Assembly: GCA_050575255.1 (NCBI GenBank)
Contig: JBNZDD010013574.1
Coordinates: 1,193,301-1,257,300 of the forward strand
DNA from: Harriotta raleighana
Lineage: Eukaryota
Direction: 5' to 3'
Length of the DNA stretch: 64,000 nt
The translations under genes and the position numbers were made by a program. Of the stretch, positions 36,503 through 48,974 are shown piece after piece. The notes below the pieces were generated by a model. The model saw only the letters and a program-made list of their open reading frames with translations, ran no database searches and was not told where the DNA came from. Numbering within the stretch: the stretch's first letter is position 1; each line of letters starts with the position of its first letter.

Positions 36503-39019
36503 TGGGTGAGAGCGACAGCAAGTATGTAGTGGTGGAGGGGGGTGTGGTTGTGGGGGGGGGGGGATGGGGTGATCTGACGGGAAATGTTTGTGCAGAAACT
36601 AATGCATCCACGGTTCAGCTCTCTGGTTTGTCGCATCGCTTTACACATTACTGTACGTGCCTCTGCCCCCCTTTACCTCCCACATTATTTATGGATGATG
36701 ATAATGATGATAAGAAGAAGAATGAATAATTAGAATAATCCCTCTCATTCGTCGTTGGGACATCTTAACGCGCTTGACGGCAGGCACTGTAAGGTGGACC
36801 GCCTGCGTGATCCGTAGGGGCGAAACGCGGCAGCCAATTGCGTACAGCTACGTCCTACCCAAAACGCCAAGGAGTGACGAACTAATTTTATTTGGGAGGT
36901 TTGCTGGCCAGGGCACAGGGAGAACTCCTTCTGTTTCCAGCGTCTTGCGATGTCCTCCTCGACGTGAAAGGCACTGCGTAAATGTAGTTTTGTTGCAGTT
37001 ATTTTTCGAATAGCGCTAGGAAATCTTTGAACGTCCACCTCAACAGGCAGATGAGGAGGTCAGTTTCACGCCGCAAGCGAAGGACGGCATCTCCCGACAA
37101 TATTCCAGCGATTTCTCCAAACTGAGCGACAAGACAGGCCCCCCTGCCAATGATCCACCCTATTTTAATCAGAAATGATTTGAGCTCCAGATATTAAAAA
37201 AAAGGTTGTGGGAAAAACTGCCCTACGTGGGTTAATGGCTGCCTGAGATTATTGCGACATTCATTAGGTTTTAACAAGGATTAAAAATAATGTAGATGAA
37301 TCTGTTATCGTAATCAAGGCAAAGCCCACTTTGGTTTTAAATTTATGGCCCCACTGCTAATGTCACTCCACATACGCGGAAAGCGTTAATCGTTCTCACT
37401 GCAAACATGTACAGTTGGTGTAAATCATTAGACGTCTAACGCTGGGCATCTACACTGGTTCGTTTAATTAAAATTTTAATCAGTGGATTTAAAAATGCAC
37501 AGAGACTGTAGTGATGAAATTTGTTCTCACCAGGCTACGGTCTTTGGGTTTCGGAAACGAGGAAACAATCTGTTATCTCTGCAATCGAACGCACAGCACA
37601 TTTATATTCAGAACCGTTTCCGTCAAGTGGCAGAATAGGTATCCGTGACAAAAATGATACTGCCTTAAAATAAAATTGAAAGGATTGAGTGTTCAATCCC
37701 TGTCCTTTCCCCATACTCCGTACTCCAACCATACTTTGCAGACGTGTCTCTCTCTCCCTTTTCAACAGTTTCACTGCTTCTCCCTGTACAGCCTTCTGGG
37801 GCAGCACATATCCCATCTGACAAACCCAGGGTGGGAATATTTTTTTTCTCTCTTATCTCACTTCTAATCTGTTTAAATGCTTACATTTTAAGTTGCTGCT
37901 CTTATTTTAAAACAGTTCTATTTTTAAGGTATTTTATTCCGGATGGCTTAACACATTAGTATAAGAGAATACAGTAATGTGCTTTTGTGTTTGGCAAACA
38001 GACGTTTTTTACTTGTTCCAAGAGTTTTAGAGTACGTATTCAGCACAACGTTTTTTCCCCTCGCCCCCGCCCCCCACCCTTCCCAAATACAGTACTATAA
38101 TATTCATTGTTGCTTTAGATTTCAGGCTAATGTGGAGACATAATACGGTTCCCAAGGTTTAAATCACAATCGGTGGTTTGTCCTTCATGGGGAAGAGATG
38201 AGATTCTTGCATTTTTCCGCGGATGTAATGCAACGGTTGAACTGAGTGCTATCAATTCATAAATAATAGACAGCAATTCCTGCATTTGATAGAGAGCCTT
38301 ATCATTTCCGCAGGTGAAACCTCTCCGAGCCTTTGCTGTGAAATGTAGTGACTGTGTACTGCCAGGCAAATGCACAAAGTACATTTTCAAATCCTATCGT
38401 TGATCACCCACCCTTGCTTTTGACCATGTAATCCTTCAAAACTATCTGCTGCATTCAATTTTTCACAACCTCCCCCACCATCCCCCCTTGAAAATAAAAA
38501 CATTATCGGAAACATTCGAAGCTTGCTTAAGGATCCGTGGATTTTTTTTAAAGATTAACGGAATGGGGAAAAAAAAACCCTCAAGCGAATACTTTTATCG
38601 TTCAAACGGACCTTGAAACTGCTTGAAAGTGTAGGATTATATTGATGAATGCACATATTTCAAACCCAAATTGATGGATAACAAAACAACGACAACTTGC
38701 ATATATATGAAGCGGCCTTCACGAGTGGCGGAGTCCCGGAACGCTTAAACCTCTCTTTGTCACTCAGTCTGGAGGACTCGCTGGAATATTGTTGGAGGTG
38801 ACGTCCTTCAGAAGAGACGTTGAGCTAAAAGACACTGTTGAAATCTCAACAGATAAGATTGATCTTCATCAGTCTTTATATACAATTGTTTAAGCATTTT
38901 CTATTAACATGTGCTCATTCCCGCACAGCAGAACCTGTGCTGTGAACACCATCAATTTGACTAAATTTATCAGAGAACCTCGTTGGGCCTCATAACCCAA
39001 TTCAGGCCAGGTGTGCGTT

Positions 39020-39372
39020 AAGCTCAGTGGTTAGAGCACTCGCCTTACAAGCATGTGTTCGAATCCAAGCAGGTCAGGGCGAAACCTTCGGCAAGTCTCC
39101 TTACTCCACGNGAGCACTCGCCTTACAAGCATGAGACCTGTGTTCGAATCCAGGCAGGTCAGGGCGAAACCTTCGGCAAGTCTCCTTACTCCACGTGTCG
39201 AATAATAAGAATAATCTGTCCAAAAAAAACCACAATAATAAAAATTGGTCAAGTTTCACCCACAAATATACAGTCGATTCACTTTACAGTACAATCTGTG
39301 AAGCGCTTTGAGGCGTCGATAAGATGTGAGAAGCACTACATTCAAATGCAAGGATTATTATTATCATTATTA
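39020..39372 (+). mobile_element. tRNA-derived SINE, with n-associated partial duplications
   Basis: agctcagtggttagagcactcgcc...gttcgaatcc...tail; head repeated after the n at 39111. Confidence 0.8.
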
Positions 39373-40102
39373 AGCATGCCATGGCATAATTTNTACAGTA
39401 CAATCTGTGAAGCGCTTTGAGGCGTCGATAAGATGTGAGAAGCGCTACATTCAAATGCAAGGATTATTATCATTATTAAGCATGCCATGGCATAATTCGA
39501 AAAGACAAGGTATTTTCCCCTGGTCTCCTGCCAAAATGCCCTTAGGTCAAACTTGCCTTGTGGAAATTTTCCGCCCCGTTCGACCAGAAAAATGCGTTCA
39601 CAATACTTTACAGTGAAAACCCGTGAAACGCTCTGAGTCGTCCCTGGCGCCCTGAATCAAATTTAAATACTAGAGTGAGTGTTGGATGCTACAATTGTGA
39701 GTTAGGTATGTAGATTCAGCTCCCTTGATAGCTCAAGGAGTTTAATCAGTGAACCAACCGAGACTGAGGCAGCATCAACAAACCTACGCAGCTTAACGCA
39801 AGGCAAACCATTTCAGGAGAGGAGATGGACGAGAGGGTTGATTGCAGTTTAAAACTGATGGACAGTAAAAGATTTACCAACGGGCGTCCTGTGAGAAATA
39901 AGGCAAGCCCTTGCTGAGTGGTAGCCTTCTGCTGTCAGGCTGCCTGTTTTGTTCTACTCACTCAGCCTCGCTGAGTAGAACAAAACGTGAAAGCCACAGC
40001 ATTTAATGAAACGATCTGTGTAGTCCATCTCCGCTGATTCTAATACTGTGTATTGGAGCTGAGCATCGCCTGACATTTGGAAATCTGGATCAATAATTAA
40101 TA

Positions 40103-40421
40103 GGAGTCCTGTAGCTCGGTGGTTAGAGCACTCGCTTTACAAGCGAGAGACCTGGGTTCAATTCCAGGCAGGTCAGGGCGAAATCTCGGGCAAGTTTCCT
40201 TACTCCACAGGCCTGATAATAATCCCTCGCAAAAAATGACTATAATAAATGGGTCCCTCGATTCACGACTGTTTGGGGGGACACTGCTGTGCTCAATTGG
40301 CTGCAGGGTTTCTCCCACAAATATACAGTACAGTCAATTCACTTCACAGTATATATTCTGTGAAGCGGTTTGAGACGTCTAGAAGATGTGAAAAGCGCTA
40401 CATCAAATGCAAGGATTATTA
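40103..40421 (+). mobile_element. Full-length tRNA-derived SINE
   Basis: ggagtcctgtagctcggtggttagagc (A box), gggttcaattcc (B box), core, tail. Confidence 0.9.
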
Positions 40422-41860
40422 ATATAGATATTTACCAGTAGACAATATATGATTCGATATTTGTGCTTCAGATACCTGTGGCGATAAAGACTTACTACAA
40501 GGATCCCTGAAACTACAAGTCAGCACGCAGGCAGTAATTGTGTGAGACTTTCAGTGTTTAAGGAGGACTACAGATGCTAAGTTCTTTCTTTGAGTGCGTT
40601 TGTTTCATGTAACTTCCCTTTCCACAGAGCCTAAGCTGTCATTATTGGAATCTGTTCGTCCTCTGTTAGTCCTCTATAGATCTCTATACTGTACAGTGTT
40701 TGTCCTCTGAAGATTACTGAATAATTGGATATAACGACTGATGAAGGTCAGTTTCGTGTGTTAGATTTCAAACAGTGCGTTGTCAGTGTTGGAACAGTCA
40801 GACACACACCTTCAGAAGTGGCAGCAAAGACAGCAATTTTACTCCCAGCCCCGACAGACGCACAATACAATAAGGGATATCTGTTTGAACACCTGTAAAG
40901 TATAGGTTTCAACAGTGGGGAGAATTACCGAGTTGGCAGCAGCAGACAAATAGTCACCTTCACCCTCTCTAAAGCAAGCCTTCAATTTCACGTTTAATAG
41001 AGCTGTCATTCTATCCCAGTCTGTACGACATGCAAGATCAGTGGTTGTTGCCCTTGCACTGAGAACTGCCGAGAACCCGGACATCATCGAGCCAAGAGCT
41101 GTCTGACTCGAGTACTACCTTCACATTTTGCTCAGCGTGTTTTTAAGGGTCCCTCCAATCTCTTAGCGATCACCGGCCTGCTTGACATCCTACGCTGCAT
41201 CCGCCCCTGAATTATCAGCGGAAGGGCTTTCAGTCATTCTACGACTTCAATCCAGAATCCCTCCACCTCCCACCCTCCCTTGCATCCTCTCACCCTCCCT
41301 CCCCCCCTTCCTTCCAGCTCCCTCTCTCTAGCCCGCTCCCTCCCTCCCTCCCTCCCTCCCTCCAGCTCCCTCTCTCCCTCACTCCTCTCGTTCAAGGTCC
41401 ATCTCCTTTGCTCATTGTTCTCTCTTTCCAACCCCCACCACCAGCCATCAGTGTCAAGCTTTTTGGGACATTCTCCTGACCTGAAAGGCACTGTGTATGA
41501 AAGAGAAAATGTACAACTTCCATCTTAATGGAAAACAAGACAGAATAATCTCGCAGTCCAGCACCACCTGGGAATTCGGGGGCTCAGGTTGTGAGAGGAA
41601 ATCATTGGGTGGAAAATTAAGGTTTTGATACTGATTTGGGAACCTTNCTATTTCTCCAGCTATTTTTAGCTTCTGTAAAGTCCTGATACACGCTGCACCC
41701 TTTCATCCCCTGTGGCCACATCCCTCATTGCACTGACCTGTTGGTTATAACCAGAAGCGTAGAAACAGGATCGAGACATTCAGCCCCTCGAGCCTGTTCT
41801 GCCATTCTGTTACAATCATGGCTGATCCGTACCTCGAATCCAAGTGCCCGCCCTTGCCCC

Positions 41861-42001
41861 NNNNNNNNNNNNNNNNNNNNNNNNNNNNNNNNNNNNNNNN
41901 NNNNNNNNNNNNNNNNNNNNNNNNNNNNNNNNNNNNNNNNNNNNNNNNNNNNNNNNNNNNNNNNNNNNNNNNNNNNNNNNNNNNNNNNNNNNNNNNNNNN
42001 N
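41861..42001. other. Assembly gap (141 N)
   Basis: Run of n. Confidence 1.
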
Positions 42002-42164
42002 AATTGTTCATTTCAATCCACGACTGTTTGTGGGGAGACGTTGCTCTGCACAATCGTCTGCCGGGTTTCGCCCACAAATATACAGTCAATTCACTTTGCA
42101 GTATACTCTGTGAAGCGCTTTGAGACGTCTAGAAGACGTGAAAAGCGCTATTACCAATACAAGG

Positions 42165-42200
<36 letters not shown>
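42002..42200 (+). mobile_element. SINE 3' half with long (att)n tail ending about 30 nt before the EGF4-5 exon
   Basis: Core plus aaggatt(att)n. Confidence 0.85.
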
Positions 42201-42201
<1 letters not shown>

Positions 42202-42232
42202 CCTCAAACGTCTTTCTCGGTTTTGCTTTTAG

Positions 42233-42433
42233 AGGACTGCTTGGATCCCACCTGCTCGGGACACGGTGTGTGTGTGGAGGGGGTGTGTCACTGCACTGCC
42301 GGCTGGAGTGGGATCAAGTGCGAGGCCTCGGCCAACGTTTGCCACGAGCAATGCTCCGGCCACGGAACCATCCTGCCAGACTCCGCCGTCTGCACTTGCG
42401 ACCTCAACTGGACAGGCTACGATTGCTCCACAG
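42233..42433 (+). CDS. TENM1: Teneurin-1 exon, EGF repeats 4-5 ([12 protein letters not shown]...[11 protein letters not shown])
   Basis: gcttttag| ... CAG|gtaaga; 201 nt, phase 1 to 1; EGF5 has five Cys, as in teneurins. Confidence 0.96.
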
Positions 42434-42454
42434 GTAAGAACCTTAACCTGAGAT

Positions 42455-42860
42455 TATCGAACGCTCTCCTCGCTTCTGGATACAAAAGCTCTGCCGCCCG
42501 CATTCTCGCTCACCCGCACCAAACTCCGCACCCCGATTGCACCAGTGTCCCCTAGCCCTTGCCAAACTCCACTGGCTCCCTGTCACCGAGCGCATCGACT
42601 TCAAGATCCTCACTCGTGTGTTTAAATCCCTCCACTCCTCTGCAAACATCCACCCCTACCTCTCTAACCTCCTCTCTCCTCACAGCAGTACCCACTCCCT
42701 CCGCTCTGCTGGGTCCGGCCTCCTCCTTGCCCCCCCCCACCACAAATCCTCCGCTCCACCATCGACAGCCGTGCTTTCAGCAACTACGCCCCGAAACTTT
42801 GGAACTCCCTCCCTCAACCCCTTTGTATCTCCCACTCCTTCCCCACCTTTGGGTCGCTGG
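42455..42860 (+). mobile_element. L2 LINE ORF2 C-terminal fragment
   Basis: SAARIL...LAKLHWLPVTERIDFKILTRVFKSLH...YLSNLL...LRS, typical of L2 ORF2 C-terminus. Confidence 0.85.
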
Positions 42861-43346
42861 AATTGGAATGAGTGGTAGGCTTTCACGCCTGGTCTTATTT
42901 TGATGCTTTTGCACCTGGGACCTTAGCAATCGCTAGACGAAAAAAAAAAGACGCAGGTCTGTCCATCTTGGTTCAACTTCTACCACCTTGGTGTGACGCA
43001 TGTTACCAACATTTTATCATCCCTTCTCGTTGTTCTGAGGGTTTTTTCCACCCCTATTTTTGTGAGATCCCAAACGCCGACGCTGACAGTCGGCAGTAAT
43101 CATACACCGTCCGCAAGGGCTGGACTCACCTGGAAATCATTGAGTTGACAAACCGCCAAAAGAGTCTGTTAACCACGCAGATGTTCAGCACCAGATCCAG
43201 AAGTGCCGGGTTGCCTGTGATCCTCCCAATGATTCCTATTTCTCCAGCTATTTTTAGCTTCTGTAAAGTCCTGATACACGCTGCAGCCTTTCATCCCCTG
43301 TGGCCACATCCCTCATTGCACTGACCTGTTGGTTATAACCAGCAGC

Positions 43347-43580
43347 GTAGAAACAGGATCGAGCCATTCAGCCCCTCGAGCCTGTTCTGCCATTCTGTTA
43401 CAATCATGGCTGATCCGTACCTCGAATCCAAGTGCCCGCCCTTGCCCCGTTTCCCTTGATACCTATCCAATCTCAGTCTCGAAAATATGAATGGATCTAA
43501 CCGCAATCCACAGCCTTTTGCGGGGAGAGAGAGTTCCAGATTTCCACTAACCTCCGGGTGAAAAATTACCCTCCCGATTT
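43347..43580 (-). mobile_element. CR1 LINE 3' end of the kind common in cartilaginous fish
   Basis: gccattcagcccctcgagcctgttctgccattc...atcatggctgatccgtacctc...gagagttccagatttccactaacctc; resembles recalled shark CR1 3' ends. Confidence 0.7.
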
Positions 43581-46500
43581 CAAAATCGCAAAATTTCAAA
43601 TGCCCACTGAGTACATTGCTGGTTGCATAACAGACAGTCAAGTCTGTTACTCCCCTGGACAAGAAGCAGCTCGGAGGGTTGAGAGCAAATCTATATCTAT
43701 AATCCCAGTTGATTAGCCCAGACAAGTTGGGAAACTGTCAAGAGGGATTGGAGTACTGAGGTCCTACCTGCTCCTTGTAGCTATTTCTCTGACTGTTATA
43801 TCATGCCCCACTTCCAGAAGAGTTTCATTTTGCAACACAGAGCTTCAGATTCTGATAATGTAAAAAAAAATGGGGGAGGTAGGGGGTCGTCGGTGGTTAG
43901 AGTGGAGTCCTGTAGCTCAGTGGTTAGAGCACTCGCCTTACAAGGGTTCGGTTCCAGGCAAGTTGGGCAAGTTTCCTTACTCCACACGCCTAATAGTAAT
44001 GCGTCCCCCAAAAATCTATAAGAAATTGGTTATTTCAAACCACGACTGTGTGTGTGGGGGACGCTGCTGTGCGCAATTGGCTGCCACGTTTCGCCCACAA
44101 ATATACAGTCAATTCACTTTGCAGTAGATTCTGTGAAGCGTTTTGAGTCGTCTAGAAGATGTGAAAAGCGCTATAAAAAATGCAGGGATTATTATTAATG
44201 TCCGTTTAAATTTAGCCCATAATAATTTAGCCCATGCAATCGGGAATATTTTTTCTGAAGATCATCACTTAAATGACTTAAAATCCTTCTGGGATGAGAT
44301 CATAGCAAAGGTTAACGGAAACAGTCCCATGGCTATATGACTCACTGTCATGTATTTAAATTAATTTGAAGGCATCAATGCAAAACATGGCAGAGGTGAT
44401 CAGCTGTATTTATATGAGATTTTTTCCCCCTCGTTCATTTAGAAAAAACTTGCTGCTTCATTCAACGCACGCTTTTTCAATTTGCCCACAGAATAACACG
44501 GTCTTAGTTGTATTCAATAACCTCTTTTCACAATGTTTGCTGTGAAAGGCTTTGAGACATCCTCCCAACGCGAAAGGCGTTGCATCACATGTAAGGATTG
44601 TTGTAATTCCGGTAACATCGTGTGCACGATGTAAAACAGTGGTAATCAACCACAAGTCTTGGGTTGCCAATGCCAGTGGCGAAAGTACAGCAAAGGATAT
44701 CAGACACGAGCAATAGAGACGTTTCGCTATGATACAGCAGAACACATGTGAATCAAAATTCAGCCTGCACGTGGAATAAATTATCAGGTAGCAGTTAGCA
44801 CTTGTTTTAAATCCCAAATTGAACACTTCGCAATCTATTTGGGTGAATTACAGCCCTCGGGTGTTAATCTTGTGCCTTTTTCAATTGAAAATCCTGTTGT
44901 TTCCCAGTTCCCTTTCTTTGCTCGCCTGACATTTGAAACGGTCTCCTGTATTTGAATAAAACAAAACCGCCTTTACCGCAGCTTTGTCTCTTCAGTCATA
45001 GATGTGAGTTCAAATCCTGGGTGAGCAGATAGTATGAAGATCTTCTCTCTCTCTCTCTCTCCCTCTCCCTCTCTCGCTGCGACTGTTAAAATGCTGAATG
45101 AAGTGATACAGGGACTCTCTTAATCCAGTTCCCCCAGGATAAAGCCGCCTTGGATTTTGCATTAATTTGGTCGTAATCCCTTATCCGAAGGGGTTGTGCG
45201 GATCAAGTGTAGGAAATGGAAATGTCTGTAGATTCTTTCTTTTGTTGTAGTAGGGGTTTGAGAGGTGTTGTCAGGATAACTGATGATAAGACTCCCACAG
45301 TGTCTCGTCTCTTGTCATGACTAATCTCAGGGCCTTTGACGTTTTGTTGATGGGTTGACGTCTCAATTTGTATTTGTAGACGGGGAGTGCAGCCAATCTG
45401 CGGGCAGCAATGTCCCGAAGTTCCGGAACTCCCTTCCTCACTCCCTTCGTCTCGCTTCTCACCCCCCCCCCCCCCCACACCTCCCCCTTCTCTTCCTAGT
45501 TTCAGGTCTCAGATGAAGACCTTTCTTTTCGACTGCGCCTTTGGTTACCTTTTTCCCCCTCCCCCTGGCTCGGGCCCGGGAATCCTTTATTTTGAAGCGC
45601 TCTGAGACGCCGTCCGGCGTGGAGGGGGCTATATAAATTGAAGTTGTTGTTGTTGTTTTGCTGTCCCGTGGACAGCGGCACAAAGGGAATCATCAATATA
45701 TCAGGAGGATTATTGGACGGGATACCAGGAGAAACTCGTTGCATCCTAACACATTGAGCTGGCTTTACTGTTTCAATTCTCCTCAGAGTTTATGTAGCTC
45801 AAGACTCAAGGACCCTAACTTGTCTAATGGTCGCTCANCCGCAATCCACAGCCTTTTGCGGGGAGAGAGAGTTCCAGATTTCCACTAACCTCCGGGTGAA
45901 AAATTACCCTCCCGATTTCAAAATCGCAAAATTTCAAATGCCCACTGAGTACATTGCTGGTTGCATAACAGACAGTCAAGTCTGTTACTCCCCTGGACAA
46001 GAAGCAGCTCGGAGGGTTGAGAGCAAATCTATATCTATAATCCCAGTTGATTAGCCCAGACAAGTTGGGAAACTGTCAAGAGGGATTGGAGTACTGAGGT
46101 CCTACCTGCTCCTTGTAGCTATTTCTCTGACTGTTATATCATGCCCCACTTCCAGAAGAGTTTCATTTTGCAACACAGAGCTTCAGATTCTGATAATGTA
46201 AAAAAAAATGGGGGAGGTAGGGGGTCGTCGGTGGTTAGAGTGGAGTCCTGTAGCTCAGTGGTTAGAGCACTCGCCTTACAAGGGTTCGGTTCCAGGCAAG
46301 TTGGGCAAGTTTCCTTACTCCACACGCCTAATAGTAATGCGTCCCCCAAAAATCTATAAGAAATTGGTTATTTCAAACCACGACTGTGTGTGTGGGGGAC
46401 GCTGCTGTGCGCAATTGGCTGCCACGTTTCGCCCACAAATATACAGTCAATTCACTTTGCAGTAGATTCTGTGAAGCGTTTTGAGTCGTCTAGAAGATGT

Positions 46501-48206
46501 GAAAAGCGCTATAAAAAATGCAGGGATTATTATTAATGTCCGTTTAAATTTAGCCCATAATAATTTAGCCCATGCAATCGGGAATATTTTTTCTGAAGAT
46601 CATCACTTAAATGACTTAAAATCCTTCTGGGATGAGATCATAGCAAAGGTTAACGGAAACAGTCCCATGGCTATATGACTCACTGTCATGTATTTAAATT
46701 AATTTGAAGGCATCAATGCAAAACATGGCAGAGGTGATCAGCTGTATTTATATGAGATTTTTTCCCCCTCGTTCATTTAGAAAAAACTTGCTGCTTCATT
46801 CAACGCACGCTTTTTCAATTTGCCCACAGAATAACACGGTCTTAGTTGTATTCAATAACCTCTTTTCACAATGTTTGCTGTGAAAGGCTTTGAGACATCC
46901 TCCCAACGCGAAAGGCGTTGCATCACATGTAAGGATTGTTGTAATTCCGGTAACATCGTGTGCACGATGTAAAACAGTGGTAATCAACCACAAGTCTTGG
47001 GTTGCCAATGCCAGTGGCGAAAGTACAGCAAAGGATATCAGACACGAGCAATAGAGACGTTTCGCTATGATACAGCAGAACACATGTGAATCAAAATTCA
47101 GCCTGCACGTGGAATAAATTATCAGGTAGCAGTTAGCACTTGTTTTAAATCCCAAATTGAACACTTCGCAATCTATTTGGGTGAATTACAGCCCTCGGGT
47201 GTTAATCTTGTGCCTTTTTCAATTGAAAATCCTGTTGTTTCCCAGTTCCCTTTCTTTGCTCGCCTGACATTTGAAACGGTCTCCTGTATTTGAATAAAAC
47301 AAAACCGCCTTTACCGCAGCTTTGTCTGTTCAGTCATAGATGTGAGTTCAAATCCTGGGTGAGCAGATAGTATGAAGCTCTTCTCTCTCTCTCTCTCTCC
47401 CTCTCCCTCTCTCGCTGCGACTGTTAAAATGCTGAATGAAGTGATACAGGGACTCTCTTAATCCAGTTCCCCCAGGATAAAGCCGCCTTGGATTTTGCAT
47501 TAATTTGGTCGTAATCCCTTATCCGAAGGGGTTGTGCGGATCAAGTGTAGGAAATGGAAATGTCTGTAGATTCTTTCTTTTGTTGTAGTAGGGGTTTGAG
47601 AGGTGTTGTCAGGATAACTGATGATAAGACTCCCACAGTGTCTCGTCTCTTGTCATGACTAATCTCAGGGCCTTTGACGTTTTGTTGATGGGTTGACGTC
47701 TCAATTTGTATTTGTAGACGGGGAGTGCAGCCAATCTGCGGGCAGCAATGTCCCGAAGTTCCGGAACTCCCTTCCTCACTCCCTTCGTCTCGCTTCTCAC
47801 CCCCCCCCCCCCCCACACCTCCNCTTCCCCCCCCCCCCCCCCCCCACACCTCCCCCTTCTCTTCCTAGTTTCAGGTCTCAGATGAAGACCTTTCTTTTCG
47901 ACTGCGCCTTTGGTTACCTTTTTCCCCCTCCCCCTGGCTCGGGCCCGGGAATCCTTTATTTTGAAGCGCTCTGAGACGCCGTCCGGCGTGGAGGGGGCTA
48001 TATAAATTGAAGTTGTTGTTGTTGTTTTGCTGTCCCGTGGACAGCGGCACAAAGGGAATCATCAATATATCAGGAGGATTATTGGACGGGATACCAGGAG
48101 AAACTCGTTGCATCCTAACACATTGAGCTGGCTTTACTGTTTCAATTCTCCTCAGAGTTTATGTAGCTCAAGACTCAAGGACCCTAACTTGTCTAATGGT
48201 CGCTCA
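43501..48206 (+). repeat. Near-identical 2.3-kb tandem duplication (43501-45837 and 45839-48206) joined by a single n; probable assembly artefact
   Basis: Offset 2338; the substitutions I noticed are 44990 C/47328 G and 45040 A/47378 C; the ORF track is repeated identically. Confidence 0.95.
43904..44196 (+). mobile_element. tRNA-derived SINE (second copy at 46242-46534 within the duplicated block)
   Basis: ggagtcctgtagctcagtggttagagcactcgcc head, core, tail. Confidence 0.85.
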
Positions 48207-48359
48207 GCGCAGAGGCCTCAGAGGCCTAACTCCACTCTGCGCTGGCTCTTAGGGCTTGTCAATACCAATATCGTGGTGGCCAAGGTATCATCTGATCAGA
48301 GCACCGTACAGCCTAAACATGATGCCTGAAGACCCAAACTCAACTGATGTAACAATACA

Positions 48360-48643
48360 GTATTAATAATCCTTGCATTTTTATATAGCACTTGTCATCT
48401 CAAAGCTGCCTTCACAGAATCTAAAGTGAATTGACATTTTATTGTGGGTGAAAACGTGGCAGCCAATTGCGCACAAACAGTCGAGGTTTAAAATGACCAA
48501 TTTATTATTTGTTGTTTTTTTGAGGAATTATTATTGTTAGGCGTGTGGAGTCCAGGAAACTTGCCCAAGGTTTCACCCTGACCTGCCCGGAATCGAACCC
48601 AGATCCCTCGCTTGTAATTCGAGTGCTCTCACCACGGGACTCC
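48360..48643 (-). mobile_element. tRNA-derived SINE
   Basis: rc ggagtccc...gggttcgattcc B-box, core, tail. Confidence 0.82.
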
Positions 48644-48974
48644 ACGATATAGCACTCAAATGTGAAATGAAAGCTATTTGACAGCTGAAAGTGAAGAGTC
48701 TTGTAGTTGATGGCAGGCTCTTGGAGTACATTTCAATCGCCCACTTTCTAATCTTGGGAGATATTTAATGACTTCAACTCAATGTGCCAATTCCCCTCCT
48801 TTTATTTTGTCTTTCTTTGGTACACAACACTATCGATCATTTTTTTTCTCTCTTCTTTCGTGCCTAAAAATACCTTCTCTTCCCGGGCTGCAATCAATGG
48901 GGATTGCGTTCATTATAAACTGGATCTGGATCAGAAGGAGCCCATCGTATCCGTGCCAGGCAAAACCTCAGCCA

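Noticed and set aside
36420-36570. G-rich tracts as functional G-quadruplexes
   Set aside because: Poly-G/C runs are frequent throughout the window, and this one is an n-associated duplicate of uncertain length.
40103-40175. tRNA gene at SINE heads (A and B boxes present)
   Set aside because: Each runs directly into the SINE core and tail and copies are divergent, so they are SINE heads rather than functional tRNAs.
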